Below are positions 1 to 13,465 of a stretch of DNA of 64,000 bases, in pieces. The notes under the pieces were generated by a model. It saw only the letters and a list, made by a program, of their open reading frames with translations, was not told where the DNA came from and ran no database searches. The first letter of the stretch is position 1; each line of letters opens with the position of its first letter. The DNA lies in the NCBI RefSeq assembly GCF_018350175.1, contig NC_058368.1:194806001-194870000 (forward strand), written 5' to 3'. The DNA is from Felis catus. Its lineage: Eukaryota. Position numbers and translations under genes: made by a program.

Positions 1-93
1 AGCTATCGTCTCCAGAACTGTGAAAGAAGAGTTCTGTTGCTCAAGCCACCAGTTTGTGGTACTTTGTTATGGCGCCACTGGGGGACTAGCACA
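1..93 (+). mobile_element. MaLR (MLT1-type) LTR, 3' end
   Basis: 'ctccagaactgtga...tgttgctcaagccaccagtttgtggtactttgttatggc' is the typical MLT1 3' terminus; cut by the window edge. Confidence 0.75.
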
Positions 94-1699
94 GGCCTCC
101 TCAAACCCAGTTTATTGGTAGGATCTGCTTGGAGCATTGTGCTGAGGATTTTGAGGCTGCAAGAATACAGGGATTAATTCATGACCCTGCCCTACAGAGA
201 GAAGGGAGTCATGGCCTTGTCTTTGCAATGCCTGAATCATCATGATATCTTTCTGCTCTGATCACATATGACTCTATCATCCAGAATCCACAGGCCCCAC
301 CAGGAGTAAAAGCACTAGAACCGGGGAAGTGTGGGCAGAGGCCCATGCCCTCCCCCCAACCAATCCCTCCAACTCCTCCCAGATAGGACCAGTCCCCCTC
401 TGCTCTGGAGATGGCCTGTGATTCTGTCACCCTCTCAGCTTTGCTGTCACCAGATCTGATCTGAGATCAAACTGGCAAGGACCCGAACTGGTTTCCCAGC
501 TTCCACAACCTGAGGATTGTGACCAGAAGTGAACTTGATTTATAGCAATGACATGATTGATAAATGAAAACTCCTGAGTGGGGTGGAAGCCACAGAAGGG
601 CCGAGGTTTCACTGAGGAAGGCTCAAGGAACCCAGTCTCCCGGAGCCTGGGTCAGGATCAGGGCAGTGGCATTCAGATGTAGCCAGGGTTTCTGCCTGTC
701 CTCTGCCCAGAATTCTGTTTGGAACACAGCTAAAGAGCGCCTCGGATCCAAACTAAGGATCTCAGTGAGGGTTCTTTGTAGGCACAGCTGGAGTGGGATG
801 CCCCCTTCACCCAGGGTACCCTCCCTGGGTCAGGGAGAGAATGAAGGCCCTTCTCTCTGGGACACTTAGGTCCCCTTGTACCCCTAGCAATGACACTTCC
901 TACTACCAACTCACCAAACTCTCCCCAAGCAAAGCCCTCTGTGTTCTTTGCCTGCCTTGACAAAATCCCTGCCAACAAATCTCCCTCAGCTTCAAGTGCT
1001 GCCCAATATTCCACATCCATCCTCAGGACCGTCACCCCCTGAACCCCTGGGTCAGCCCCCTGCTGCCTCCCGGCCCCTCCTCTCCAGGCTCCTGCCACAG
1101 CCACAGGCTTCCTTTCAACGCTTGGTATCTGATTTTGTCTTGCTCCTCTGCAAAATCATTCAGGGGCTTTTCAGATAGAAACCAAAATCCCGCAGCGAAT
1201 GAGATCCCTCCTCACCTGAATCCATTGGAAAAAAAAATGTTTTAAATACATAAATAAGAACTGCTTGAAAAATAAATTAAAAAGACATTCAAACTACAAG
1301 ATTCAACGGACATAAAATAACCATTAGATTACAGTAAAAGCTGACTCCCCATTCTGTGTCTGTCTCATCACAGATCCGTGGGTACAGACCACTCTTGGCG
1401 TAGCACTGGGCATCTAGGACTGGGCTGATCTCCCTCTCCCGACCGCCAGCCCCTCCAGATTCATTGCATGGGATTCTCCCCCTCCCTGCCTTCACAGCCA
1501 TGGTACTCACCTTCCTCTGTTTCCCGCTGCTGGCTTTCTACTCCTCACAGCTTTTCCCCATGCTCTTCTCTCTGTCCGGAGCTCTCTCCCTTTTCCTTAT
1601 ACCCCATCCCTGTAGTTAGCACCAACTGGCCCTTCAAAGTTTAGCTCATAGATTATTTCCTCAGGAAAGCCTGATCTGCACCTGTGCCTCCATCTGTCC

Positions 1700-2026
1700 C
1701 CCACACATACCCACACATGTGCACACACATGAATGTGCACCTACCCCTCCAACCACCCCCCACACGTATGTACATGCATGAGCCTACCTACTTCTCCCCC
1801 CTCATACACACACATGCACCAGCCTACCTACCCCTCGCCCCCCCCACACACACATACGCACATGCACAAACACCTACCCCCCACCCCACAAACACAAACA
1901 TACACCTACCCCTCCATCTCCCACATACACAAAAACCTATCCTTCCACCCCCCACACACACATGCACTTACCTTCCATCTCTTCCACACAAACACACACA
2001 CACACACACACACACCTACCCATCCA

Positions 2027-2065
<39 letters not shown>

Positions 2066-2171
2066 TGCACACACACCTACCCTTCTCTCACACACACACG
2101 TGCATACACTTACCTCTCCCATCACCCATCCACACACATACACGCACACCCACCTACCCCTCCATCTCCCC

Positions 2172-2215
<44 letters not shown>

Positions 2216-2278
2216 CTACCCCTCCATCTCACACACACAGAAGCACACAAACCTACCCCTCCATCCCTCCCCCACACA
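1700..2278. repeat. Compound CA-rich minisatellite: (CA)n tracts alternating with an 'acctacccctccatctc'-like motif
   Basis: About 13 degenerate motif copies (e.g. near 1740, 1904, 2014, 2152, 2251) separated by (CA)n. Confidence 0.9.
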
Positions 2279-2279
2279 G

Positions 2280-2520
2280 TTTGGGTAAGTTTCCCTTATT
2301 ACTTGCTTTCCCAGGACCTGATTGACTCTTCATTGCAAATCTTAGTTTATATTTACTCATTCATTACAGTAATTATTTGCTTAATACCTGTCTCTCACTT
2401 TGCTCCACAAGCACTAAGAGGGATCAGCCCTCTCCTGCTCTCCCCACAGCCCCAGCAGTTAGCACAAGGCTTGGGGGCCTTGTAACAGTCAACAACAATC
2501 TGGAGAATATAAAAATGAAG
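2280..2520 (+). mobile_element. L2 3' fragment
   Basis: Degenerate L2 3' motifs ('cctgtctctcac...ccccagcagttagcacaaggcttgg'). Confidence 0.5.
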
Positions 2521-3024
2521 TGACTGAGTTGTCACTGATTCATCAAAGCCCTCCCTTTCTCCACACAGAGCAACTCCTTCAACTTGAAGCAACACGTTTG
2601 CAACAGACATTTCCCTTGGTTCTTTGTGTCCATTTGGCACCCCCTCTTCACCCCACCAAGTTCGTGTACCCTGGGCCTCCTCCCTCCCCACCCGTGACCG
2701 CTCCTGTGTGCTGCTGTCTTTACAGTGTTAGCATTCTCCAAACATTCACATTAATATTAATTCTGTACTCCAAGCAGCACATCACTTAGACACAGGTTTT
2801 GCCAAATGAGATTTTGGCTACATCTCCCACCCATACATGCCTTCTCAAACAGACAGTTGTAGAGGGCAAAACTGAATACAATGTGATGAATCCATAATGG
2901 CAGCATTCCAGGCGTTAATGGTGGGCCACTGGACAGATATACCCAAGGGTAGGTCTTCAGCTTGCCTTGAGTCCTAATGCAGAGGCAATGACCTATACCT
3001 TTAGACACTGCTCCCCCTTCCCCC

Positions 3025-4536
3025 TTTTTTTAAATTTAAATTTTAGTTAACATACAGTGCAGTATTGGTTTCAAGAGTAGAATTCAGTGATTCATCACTC
3101 ACATACAACACCCAGTGCTCATCCCAACAAGCGCCCTCCTTAATACCCATCACCCATCTAGCCCAACTCTCACCCACCTCCCTCCAGTAACCCTTAATTT
3201 TATTCTCCATCATTAAGAGTCTCTCATGGCTTCTTTCCCTCTCTTCTATTTTCTTCTCCTTCCCATATGTTCATCTGTTTTGTTTCTTAAATTCCACATA
3301 TGAGTGAAATCATATGGTATTTGTCTTTCTCTGACTTATTTTGCTTAGCATAATACCCTCTAGCTCTATCCACGTCATTGCAAATAGCAAGATTTCATTC
3401 TTTTTGATGACTAATATTCCATTGTTTGTTTTGTGTGGGTGTATGTGCATGTGTATACATATACACATCTTTTTAAAAAAAATTTTTTAATGTTTGTTTA
3501 TTTCTGAGACAGAAAGAGACAGAGCATGAGTGGGGGAGGGGCAGAGACAGAGGAAGACACGGAATCTGAAGTAGGCTCCAGGCTCTGAACTGTCAGCACA
3601 GAACCCTATGTGGGGCTCAAACTCACAAACCGTGAGATCATGACCTGAGCTGAAGTCGGTCGCTCAACTGACTAAGCCACCCAGGCGCCCCTCCACCACA
3701 TCTTCTTTCTCCATTCATCAGGCTATGGACATTTGGGCTCTTTCTATATTTTGGCTATTGCTGATAATGCTACTATAAACATTGGGGTGGATGTGTCCCT
3801 TCAAATCTGTATTTTTGTATCCTTTGGGTAAATACCTGATAGTGCAATTGCTGGACTGTAGGGTAGTTCTATTTTTAGTTTCTTGAGAAACTTCCATATT
3901 GTTCTCCAGAGCAGCTGCACCAATGTGCATTCCCACCAATGGTGTAAGAGCATTCCCCTTTCTCTGCACCCTCATCAGCACCTGTCATTTCTTGTGTTGT
4001 TCATTTTAGCCACTCTGATGAATGTGAGGTGGGATCTCATTGTGGTCTTGATTTGTATTTCCCTGATGATGAGTGACGTTGAACATCTTTTCATGTGTCT
4101 GTTAGCCATCTGGATGTCTACTTTGGAAAGTGTCTATTCATGTCTTCTGTTCATTTCTTCACTGGGTTATTTGCTTTTTGGTTGTCAAGTTTGATATGTT
4201 CTTTAGATTTTGGATACTAACCCTTTATCAGATATGTCATTTGCAAAAATCTTCTCCCATTCCATAGGCTGCCTTTTAGTTTTGTTGATTGCTTCCTTTG
4301 CTGTGTAGAAGCTTTTTATCTTGATGAAGTCCCAATATTTCATGTTTGCTTTCATTCCCCTTGCCTTTGGCGACATGACTAGTAAGAAGTTGCCCAGCTG
4401 AGGTCAAAGAGGTTGCTGCCTGTGTTCTCCTGCAGGATTTTGATGGATTTCTGCCTCACATTTAGGTCTTTCATCCATTTTGAATTTATTTTTGTGGATG
4501 GTGTAAGAAAGTGGTCCAGGTTCATTCTTCTGCATG
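3025..4536 (-). mobile_element. Carnivore L1, 5'-truncated (ORF2 C-terminus + 3'UTR), interrupted by a SINE
   Basis: Poly-T then antisense L1 3'UTR and ORF2; candidate TSD 'agacactgct' at 3003-3012 and 4540-4549. Confidence 0.92.
3471..3691 (-). mobile_element. Can-SINE (SINEC) nested in L1
   Basis: Antisense head '...gccacccaggcgcccc', (GA) tract, T-rich tail. Confidence 0.95.
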
Positions 4537-5430
4537 AGGAGACACTGCTTCTAATAGCTCATCTGGCTTCAGACAAAACAGCCGTAACTATAGGAAAAAG
4601 AGCCCAAACCAAGAGAACAATGACCTGGACTTGGCTAGTGACTTGCTGTGTTGCTTGGCTAAGTCACCTCCCTTCTCTGGGTCTTGTCATAGAGGAGGTT
4701 GATTTCATGGTCTCTAAGCCCCCACTGAGACAAGTCACAAATCTGCAGAATACAATACTCTTACTTTCATATACTAGACTTCAGTGTCATCTCTAATCAT
4801 TGTATTGATTCATTCAATAGGTGTTTACTGAGCATCTATTAAGACATATGCAGGCTGAGGTTAGACAGACAAAGCAGATGGACGTATTTCCTGTCCTACT
4901 GACGCAGGAGAAGCAGATGCTAAACAGATACCTAATTAATCATCACCATTACAGCTCTAAAGGAAAAGGGCAGGATCTCCTGAGAGCCTAGAGAATGAGT
5001 TCCAGGGGAATGAGGTAAATGAAGGAAAGCTGTCTTGAGGAAGGGACATTTGAGCTGCAAAACAGTTTTTGCATGTGTCTGAAGCCAAAAATTTCCCGAA
5101 TCATCTCATTTTGCTACACGATACCTGCAAGGTGAGGAAGGGAAGTCATTGGCCCCCATTTGAATTGTCAGGACAAAGACTCTGTTTGGTGGCCTACATG
5201 GCCTGCTCTGCCTCAAGCCCCAGCCCCAGCACCCCCACCACACCACGCCTCTCTCAGGACAGCTAAACTCATTTCACTGCATTTGTCACCAGCTTCATTT
5301 TCATGTCTGCATTTCCCTCACCCCAGTAAGCCCTGTGAAGCGAGGGACCATCTCCACTTTGCACATCACAGTATTTCTAGCTCAAGCATGATGACTGGTA
5401 CATATCAGGTATTAAGAGAGTGGCTAAACA

Positions 5431-5536
5431 GGGGCACCTGGATGGCTCAGTTGGTAAAGTATGCGGCACTTGATCTCAGGGCTGTGAGTTCAAGACTCAC
5501 ATTGGATCTGGAGCCTAACTTATTAAAAAAAAAAAA
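5431..5536 (+). mobile_element. Short older Can-SINE
   Basis: 'ggggcacctggatggctcagttgg' head, B-box-like 'gagttcaagac', poly-A, no CT tract. Confidence 0.85.
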
Positions 5537-6599
5537 TAGTGTGTGACTGAATGAATGAATGAATGAATGAATGAATCCCCACCTTACATGTGAGGAATCT
5601 GAGGTCAAGTGAGAGGGAAATATTTTCCCCAAGTCCTAAGTTAGCATATATCAAAGATGGGTCTCAAATCCAAGTCTAAGCTTGGGAAGGGAGGTAGAAT
5701 CTGGGAGTCCAGAGTTGGAATTTGCCTTCCTTCGCTCAGAACAGAGTCATTTTGTCTGTTGTACATTTTGATTCACATACAGAATCCAGAATGTCACATA
5801 CAGAATCCAGGCTCTATGGGAGTTGCCCCCACAAAGAAAGATTCTGCACTGAGTTAGTTTTCATCAATAGATGAGGAGGAGGCCCAGGCACATGAGCGAT
5901 GGGCCTGAGCTGGACAACAGAACAATGTGTGTGTTTTGCCTAATCAAGAAGGCCAGCACTTCTGGCATCCACGTGGTGCTCCCCATCCTGGAGAATGACA
6001 GCTACAAAGTCAGTGTGAGATGCTTAGTAAAAATCCCAGGCATCAAACAGATCCTTCAACTGGGGAATGTTGGCTGAGGTCTGACATCAGTCTGGGGGTT
6101 CTTGGCATAACTAGTGAACCAGTCTTTCATGGGAAACTTTTATGAGCCCAGCCATGTTGGGGGTGATATCGGGAGTGACATGGGGAGGTGTCAGGGAACA
6201 AAAGGCTGCTGCCAGGCTGGGAGAAACCCAGGAAGAGGCAGGAAAGCCTGAGAAGGATCCAGGCACAGGGCACCCAGCACTCTCAGTTCTCAGAACCAAA
6301 TCTCTAGAGCATGTGAGAGGATGGGGGAGTCACACTACTTTGGGGCCTGGGCTGCTCTCATACCCAATCCTGACAGTGGGCTTGGCCCTGAGGATGGGGG
6401 TGGCACTGAGATTGAAGAGATCTTTCAAGGATGAGGGCAGGGCCATCGTGACTCACTTCTAACATCTGACACAATACCTGGCTAATATCTGTAGAACGAT
6501 TGAAAGAAAGAAAAAAAAAAAGAACAATTGAAAGAAAAAGATGGAAAGAAGCAGGTGCTGGTAGCCAATCCAGTAATTAATCTTTTTAATAGTCTTGGC

Positions 6600-6815
6600 C
6601 ATATTAACTGAGCATTTACTAAGTGCCAACACTGTGCTAAGTAATTCACACCCAGAATAACTCTGAGAGGAAGGCGTTATAATTCTCATCTGACCTTTGA
6701 GCAAATACTATGCATAGCAAAGTGAATAATTTGCATAAAGACACCAAGCCAGGAATTGGGTGGAGCTGGGATTTGCCTCCAATTCTGTCTGATTTGAGTA
6801 CCTCAGCTCTAAAGT
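6600..6815 (-). mobile_element. MIR
   Basis: 'actgagcatttactaagtgccaacactgtgctaag...ggagctgggatttg'. Confidence 0.6.
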
Positions 6816-7087
6816 TTGCTGTTTTAGCCTAACAAGTTGTTACTATAGGAATGGTATATTTTGAATAGGGAGAGACAAAAATATTTTTTCCTACAAGGAA
6901 GAAAATGGGAGTGAACAAAGGGAATGATTTCAGACTAAACAGCAACATTTCCCCCAAAGAGTCTTCCATGTTTCTCCTAAATGAAGGTCCCTTCCAACAC
7001 GCTTTAAGCACCTCTCCCTCCATTCAAGCACTTGTTACCATTTTCATTAAACAAGTGATGGTGAATGGGGTTATTTAAATGTCTGTC

Positions 7088-7734
7088 ACCACTCTGGGAA
7101 ACAGTATGGAGGTTCCTCAAAAAGTTAAAAATAGAACTACCCTATGACCCAGCAATTGCACTGCTAGGTATTTATCCAAAGGACATAAAAATGCTGATTT
7201 GAAGGGGCACGCGCACCCCAATGTTTAGAGCAGCACTACCAACAATAGCCCAATTATGAAGATATCTCAAATGTCCATCGATGGATGAATGGATGAAGAA
7301 GATGTGGTGTATATATAATGGAATATTACTCACCCATGAAAAAAGAACAAAATCTTGCAATTTGCAATGATGTGGATGCAACTAGAATGTATTATGTGAA
7401 GCGAAATAAGTCAAAGACAAATACCAAATGATTTCACTCATATGTAAACTTGAAGAAACATAACAGATGAACATAGGGGAAGGGAAAAAGAGCAGTAGAG
7501 AGGGAAATAAACCACAGGAGACTTGTAATGATAGAGAACAAACTGAGGTTGATAGAGGGAGGTGGGTGGGGAATGGGCTAAATGGGTGATGGGTATTAAG
7601 GAGGGCACTTGTTATGATGAGCACTGGGTATTATATGTAAGCAAGGAATCACTAACTTCCACCCTGAAAGCAATATTGCATTGCATTGCAGTTAACTAAC
7701 TAGAATTTAAATAAAAATTTGAGAAAAAATTTTA
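7088..7734 (+). mobile_element. Carnivore L1 3' end
   Basis: 'ctctgggaaacagtatggaggttcctcaaaaagttaaaaatagaactaccctatgacccagcaattgc'; TSD 'aaatgtctgtc' 7077-7087 and 7735-7745. Confidence 0.95.
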
Positions 7735-8734
7735 AAATGTCTGTCTATCCTGCTGCCACACTCCAGTGTATGGGACAGTGCCTAGCACATCGCAGAGACT
7801 AGATAAGTATTTTTTTAATATGTGCATTAAATAGTAGATGGACGATGGGAAAAAAAGCATCCTGATGGCACATGATAAGGAGTATTAGGAAAGCTAACAA
7901 ATGGAACCATATCAAGAAGCTCCTTGAAGACCAAGAAGAAGAGCTTCACGCTGGGAAGCCACCATAGTTTCTTGAGCTCATCTGCACAGGGAGGCCTACA
8001 TTAGAGTAATAGACCAGCTGAGGGAGAGCCTGATGCTCTAACCCAAATATTATCAACATTCAAATCAGGACCAACACTTGAAGTGACAAGGATCGTATGA
8101 TGACAGCAGTGAGGATGCAGTAGAAAAGATACCATCAAGGAAACATATAATGCAGGTTCCGCCCAGGGCATTTCTCATCAAAACTTAATAAGCAGATAGG
8201 GACATAAATCTAGGTTGGTGGATGGAATAGATCAGACTATGCCTCACTCTATAAATTCTACTTCCTCCCAACACAGAAGATAAGATTTCACTGAAACTCA
8301 GGTGATGTCAACCAAGAGTAGAAAATATATTCCTTATCATTCCATTTGTTTCCAAGTCCTATGCATGACCAGCCAGGAGTAAAAAGAATATGGTTGCTAA
8401 GGTTTTCAGGAGGCTCTGAGTCATTTTCAAATGAATCATTTACTCATCCACATTTCTAAACCTACAGTTCTAGATCATTGACTTTGGAGCACAACTGTTC
8501 CCAGGGCAAGACCTCTATCCCTTTTTGAACAGAATTCAAGAGAGAGCCCTGTGAGCAAGTCGGACTCACAAAACTGTTTATTTTCCTACAGAAGACCTGG
8601 ATTCAAAACCCAGCTTTGACACTTACTAGCAAGGACAAATTACCTAATGACATATAAACTGCTGCTTAGCGATCCATGAACTAGAACGATGGTTCTGGAT
8701 CCATGATTCAGAAACATGAATCCTTCTTGAGGAT

Positions 8735-9760
8735 TCTCATTCAAGGGACAAAATCATTGACCACCTTCTGTGTGCCAGCCACTGTGCTGAGTGCTCGAAA
8801 ATGGTGACAAACAAGGCAGATGAAGATGTAGTCTAGTCTGGGCAGACAACAAAAATCACACAAGCAAACGCATAATTGCAACTATGCAAGTGTTATGAAT
8901 GAGAGATTCGGGGTAACAGGAAGCCTACAAAAAGGAGTTTTGAACTAGTTCAGAGGTTAGGGAAAGCGTCATCTGAGACGGAAGGAGAAGTAGGTTCAGT
9001 TTGGGTGAAAATGGGATGGAAAAATGCTCCCAGCCGAAGGATAACCGTGGTCAAAACACCTGTGGTAGAAACACAGTGAATGGGAAGTATCACCAGGCAG
9101 TTGGTAAGTCTCAGCAGAGAAAACTCAAGAGATAATATGATGGAAAGTTAGCCTGAAAGATGTGTAGGAGCCAGACTGTGATGGACCTCAGAGGTCATGT
9201 CCCTGAGCACGTTATCAATGGGAAACCACCAAAGAGGTGTTTGGAGTTTGGGGGGGGGGTGGGGACGGGGGGGATGGAGGACAACGCAGGAACATTGCCA
9301 TCCAAAGAAATCACTCTGAATGGCCTGGAAGAGCCTGAAGTACACACAGGGCAGCCAACTGGAGGCTACTGTAGCCGTCCAGGCAAGAGATGATGGTACA
9401 TTTGACTTGAAAGGTGCTGGGGATCGCAAGAAATGGGCAGATTCAAAGTTTATGGAAAAAGCAGCACAGACAGGACTTGCTGATGAACTAGATCAGAGAG
9501 TGTGTTTCAAGGACAGCTCTGGGCCTCTGGCCTGCAAAACTGGCCAGGTGGCCATTTACTGGGAAAGAAAAACACCCAAAGAAGATCAGGTTTGGAGTAG
9601 ATTATGAGTTCTGTTTTAGACATACTGAATTTGTAGCACATCTGAAGCCTCTGAGAAGAGATGTTAATCAGGTAACTGTATATGCTCAAAATATACATTT
9701 GGACGTTATCAATGCAAAGTGAGTAATTGAATCTGAGGGCAATACCAAGATCATACAAGA
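8735..9760 (-). mobile_element. L2 fragment
   Basis: Antisense L2 motifs 'tgtgccagccactgtgctgagtgct', 'gtccaggcaagagatgatgg', 'gagttctgttttagacat'. Confidence 0.7.
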
Positions 9761-9841
9761 AGTGGGATGGGGCTTGCAGAATTTAACACTTTCGTATTCA
9801 CCTCTGTGCGTCAGGGCTCTCCTTTTTAAAACAACAAAGCC

Positions 9842-10048
9842 GGGGCACCTGAGTGGCTCAGTTGGTTAAGTGTCCGACTTCGGCTCAGGTCACGATCTCA
9901 CAGTTTGTGAGTTCGAGCCCCTGTCGGGCTCTGTGCTGACAGCTCAGACCCTGGAGCCTGCTTCCAATTCTGTGTCTCCCTCTCTCTCTGCCCCTCCCCT
10001 GCTCATGCTCTGTCTCTCTCTCTCTCTCTCTCTCTCAAAAATAAACAT

Positions 10049-10084
<36 letters not shown>

Positions 10085-10085
10085 A
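9842..10085 (+). mobile_element. Can-SINE
   Basis: Head, CT tract, (TAAA)n tail; 'acaaagcc' on both sides. Confidence 0.96.
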
Positions 10086-12799
10086 ACAAAGCCAGTGATG
10101 ACGGTAAGCTGCACTTGTCCAGCCTGATGATTTCCTAGGCACTTTATGTAAATCAGTTAATTTAACTGACTCTTCCCCACAATGCAGATGAGAAGGCCCA
10201 GGCATTCTTGTCTTCATTTTATAGATGCAGAGATGGAGGTTTAGGAGATATCTTAGTTGCCTAAAGTCACATAGGTGGCAAATGGTTGGTTCCATGCCTA
10301 GATAGCTCAGATTTCAGAAATACTTCTCATAGTGTGGAATCTCCCTGTGTCCATCAGAGTCGCAACCCAGAGGTACAATTTGTAGGGAACCCCATTAATA
10401 CAAGGCAGAGAGGTTAACCAGTGGAAGGACCCTTGAGGTAAGAGGTCGAAGATGCCCACTCTAGTCCTCCAGCTGACAGTCCAGCCTGAATGCTCAGCCT
10501 CTGGCAAACATCAGTGTCTCTGCTATGCCCTGTTTGCTCCCCACATTCCTCCCCAGGCCAATATGAGGAATGGAGGTAATGACTTCACCCCCATGCTGCC
10601 CCATTATAAGAAACAATTTACACCAAACCCCGTGAGGGCCCCTGCGATGCAGCCGAACAAATTTCGATATGCAGATCAAACACTTGCTTCTCTGTGGCAC
10701 GAGACAAGTTACTTAACTCCTGGCTGACACCATCCTTGAAAAACAGGGACAGTAATAGGCTTCCACCCTGGGTTATTTTGAGGATTAAATGAGAGCATGT
10801 TTGAGAAAGTGCCCTGCAAACTGACAACGATGATGAAATCAAACTCCTATGTGGCAAATCTTGTCTCCGTAATGGATGACTTTTGGCCTCTCAGATCTAT
10901 TTCCAGCACCAAAACAGATTAGTGAAGAGGAAATGATTGGGAACAGCAGGTAACGAATGTGATCTATGAGAAAAGTTAAAAAAAAAAAATGACATGAATT
11001 GACCTTAAAAAGAGGGATGAGAAGAAGTTGACCTAATAAATTATTTCTCCTGCCAGAAAAAAAAATAGGATGATGAATGCGAATAAGGCTTGGCCTTTTT
11101 AAAAAGACAGGAAGTGTATCTTGGTGGCCCCAGACATCCGTTATCATTCTCGTCCTTATCACTATTCCTGTGCCAGGTGCTTGATAATAATTCCAGGAGT
11201 GGTCGTAAGAGTAATCTTGGTGGCTAACATTTTATTGATTAGTTACCATGTGCCAACCACTGTGGGCTAAGTGCTTTATGTGCATCATTTCATTGAGTCC
11301 TGGTTGAGCAAGAGGTATTGATCAGAGGAACAATCTATGGCATTGATGGAGCGAAAGGTATCAAAGTTAGTCAGTAATTTCAGGGAATCATGTACAAGTC
11401 ACCAAAACTAAGTGATCCATAAAGGGGTGTGCTAGAAGAAACTGCAGAATATCTACATTTGGGGGACTCCAAAGAGAGGTATACCAAGTGGGATTTGGGC
11501 CAAGGGGAGTTCATCTTTCAGTGAGTCCAGACTGCCCATGCTTCACTCTGAATGGCCACATACATACCTTGAGTTGTACAGTATTTGAAGCTCTCATCCA
11601 GCATTACCTGGAATCACAAAATTAATAGTAACATGACCAGCTCACATATACACTGAGTGCTTAGAATCTCCTAGGCAATGAACTGAGGACTCTTGTGCAT
11701 TAATTCCATTGAATCCTCTCAGCCTGATGAGGTAGGCTTGCACGAATTTGCTCATTCTAAATAAAGAAACTGAGGCTCAGCACAATTTAGTAATTTGGTC
11801 ATGCTCACACAACTTACGTTCCAGCCTGGATTTGCATGCAAGGCTATTTGAGTCCAGCATTCAGAATCTTTATCAGGACACTTATTCAGGCTCCTCCTCC
11901 AGCCTGGCAAGTCCTCAATCATGAGCCATATTGAGTGGACACTTCATAGGAAGACATTCCTAGACATTTCCATATATAAATGAATTCTGGGGGCCCAAAG
12001 AGTCAGGCAGGGACTGGGTCTGTCGCTGAACCAAGAGGGCTGTCCGTGGCCCAATGGTCTTTGGGCACAGGGTGCCTCAAGTGTGTCTTGGGCCACCTAC
12101 CCATCATCTTCCAAAGAACCCTTGTCTCTCAGAGGGATTTTTAAACTCAAGAATTAGAAAACCAAGTGAAATCTGGGCCAAGACTTTTCCCACGGGAAAC
12201 TAAACAGATGCCCTTTATAGGCAAAGAGAGGAGACAGTTCATGTGTGAAGCACATTCGGCAAGGGAAGCAACAAGAAACTCAGTACACTATTCGCAGAAA
12301 TAAAACCACAAAGCCTGGATTTGAGATCTTTCTCTCGATACAGTGCCCCAGGCCTCAGTATTCTTAGCTGAATAGAGACCCAGTTTGGACTGAAAGATGT
12401 CTAAGTTGCCTTCCAGATTGGACAGTCTATGATACTGTGATAAAATGCTTTCTGAGGAAGCTGGTGAACACTGGGAAGAATTTTTAAATGCCCGCATCGG
12501 GAAAGAGCTGAGTAAAACTGTCTCAGTGCCATCCACTACTACCTGCTCCCACACCCACCAAAAAAGGTGGGCTACCGCACTCGATTCCAACGGTTCCCAT
12601 ACCTGGCTTGATTTCCATAGCATCACCCTACCTTTCCTGCAGGTTTGAACCCACAAGGTACAATGAACAGCACTGCTTCTGTCTTCTGAGAGTTTTAAGG
12701 CTGTATGCTTCCCCACTCGGACCATCCCCAAGGAAAGCAACAGATGAATGGAGATACAAGGGCTGACCTCTTCAACAGGTAAGATTCTGACGTGGAGTT

Positions 12800-13350
12800 A
12801 GTGGGGACTCATTGAGTCTGCTGTTTTTGCCTTCCCAGCATGCATTATATATTCCAGCAAGAGCAGCCTGGTTTTCCTTTGGGAATTGCCCACTTTCACT
12901 CCATATGGTTTAGGTGGGGGTGACTCCACTCACCAGCTGGACAGTAGTCCATCCACCTTCTGGTCGCTGAGCTTGTTTCAGGGATGAACAGGCAATCCAA
13001 ACCCGGTCGAAGAGAACCTATTGCCCGGACGTGCGATAACTACCATCAAACAGATGCTTTCTTTCTATTGCAGGTGCTAGGATATAAACGTGGAAGGAGG
13101 GGTTGAAATCTTTTCTGCTACTGTAGGAAAACTGACCAAAGAAAGCAGCCAACACAAAGGAAGGCAGATCCTGTATTCAGAGAAAATCAGATGACTACTA
13201 ACGAGACATGAGCACCTAGATCTCACCATGCCTGAAGTTCAGTTCCACTCACATCTTTTCATTATGTAACCAATAATTTTCCTTGTTGCTTGGGTGAGCT
13301 CAAGCTACATGTCTTTCATTTGTAACCCAAAAAAATCTTGAATAATATAT
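12800..13350 (+). mobile_element. Old MaLR LTR (MLT1J/K/L-like)
   Basis: 'ggttttcctttgggaattgccc', 'gagcacctagatc...catgcctgaag', 3' end 'tgtaacccaaaaaaatcttgaataata'. Confidence 0.6.
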
Positions 13351-13465
13351 ACTGTAGTCAGAAAACAAGTCTTTATTCATTTCCATTAACTAGGAATTGT
13401 GGGTGTAAGCAGAAGCAATACATATCAGTCATTTTTCCTGGCTAATTTCTGGTATTGGTATTTTT

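Noticed and set aside
1505..1520. Minus-strand donor AAG|gtgagt
   Set aside because: Lies at the edge of L2-like sequence with no convincing acceptor; chance is plausible
1700..2278. CRISPR-like repeat/spacer look
   Set aside because: Repeats are degenerate, spacers are (CA)n rather than unique, there are no cas genes, and the DNA is mammalian
1684..2485. Long His/Thr/Pro-rich ORFs (213 and 250 aa)
   Set aside because: They are translations of the CA-rich minisatellite, which simply lacks stop codons
12288..12740. 150-aa minus ORF and overlapping 67-aa plus ORF
   Set aside because: No recognisable homology, non-ATG start for the longer one, partly MIR-like sequence
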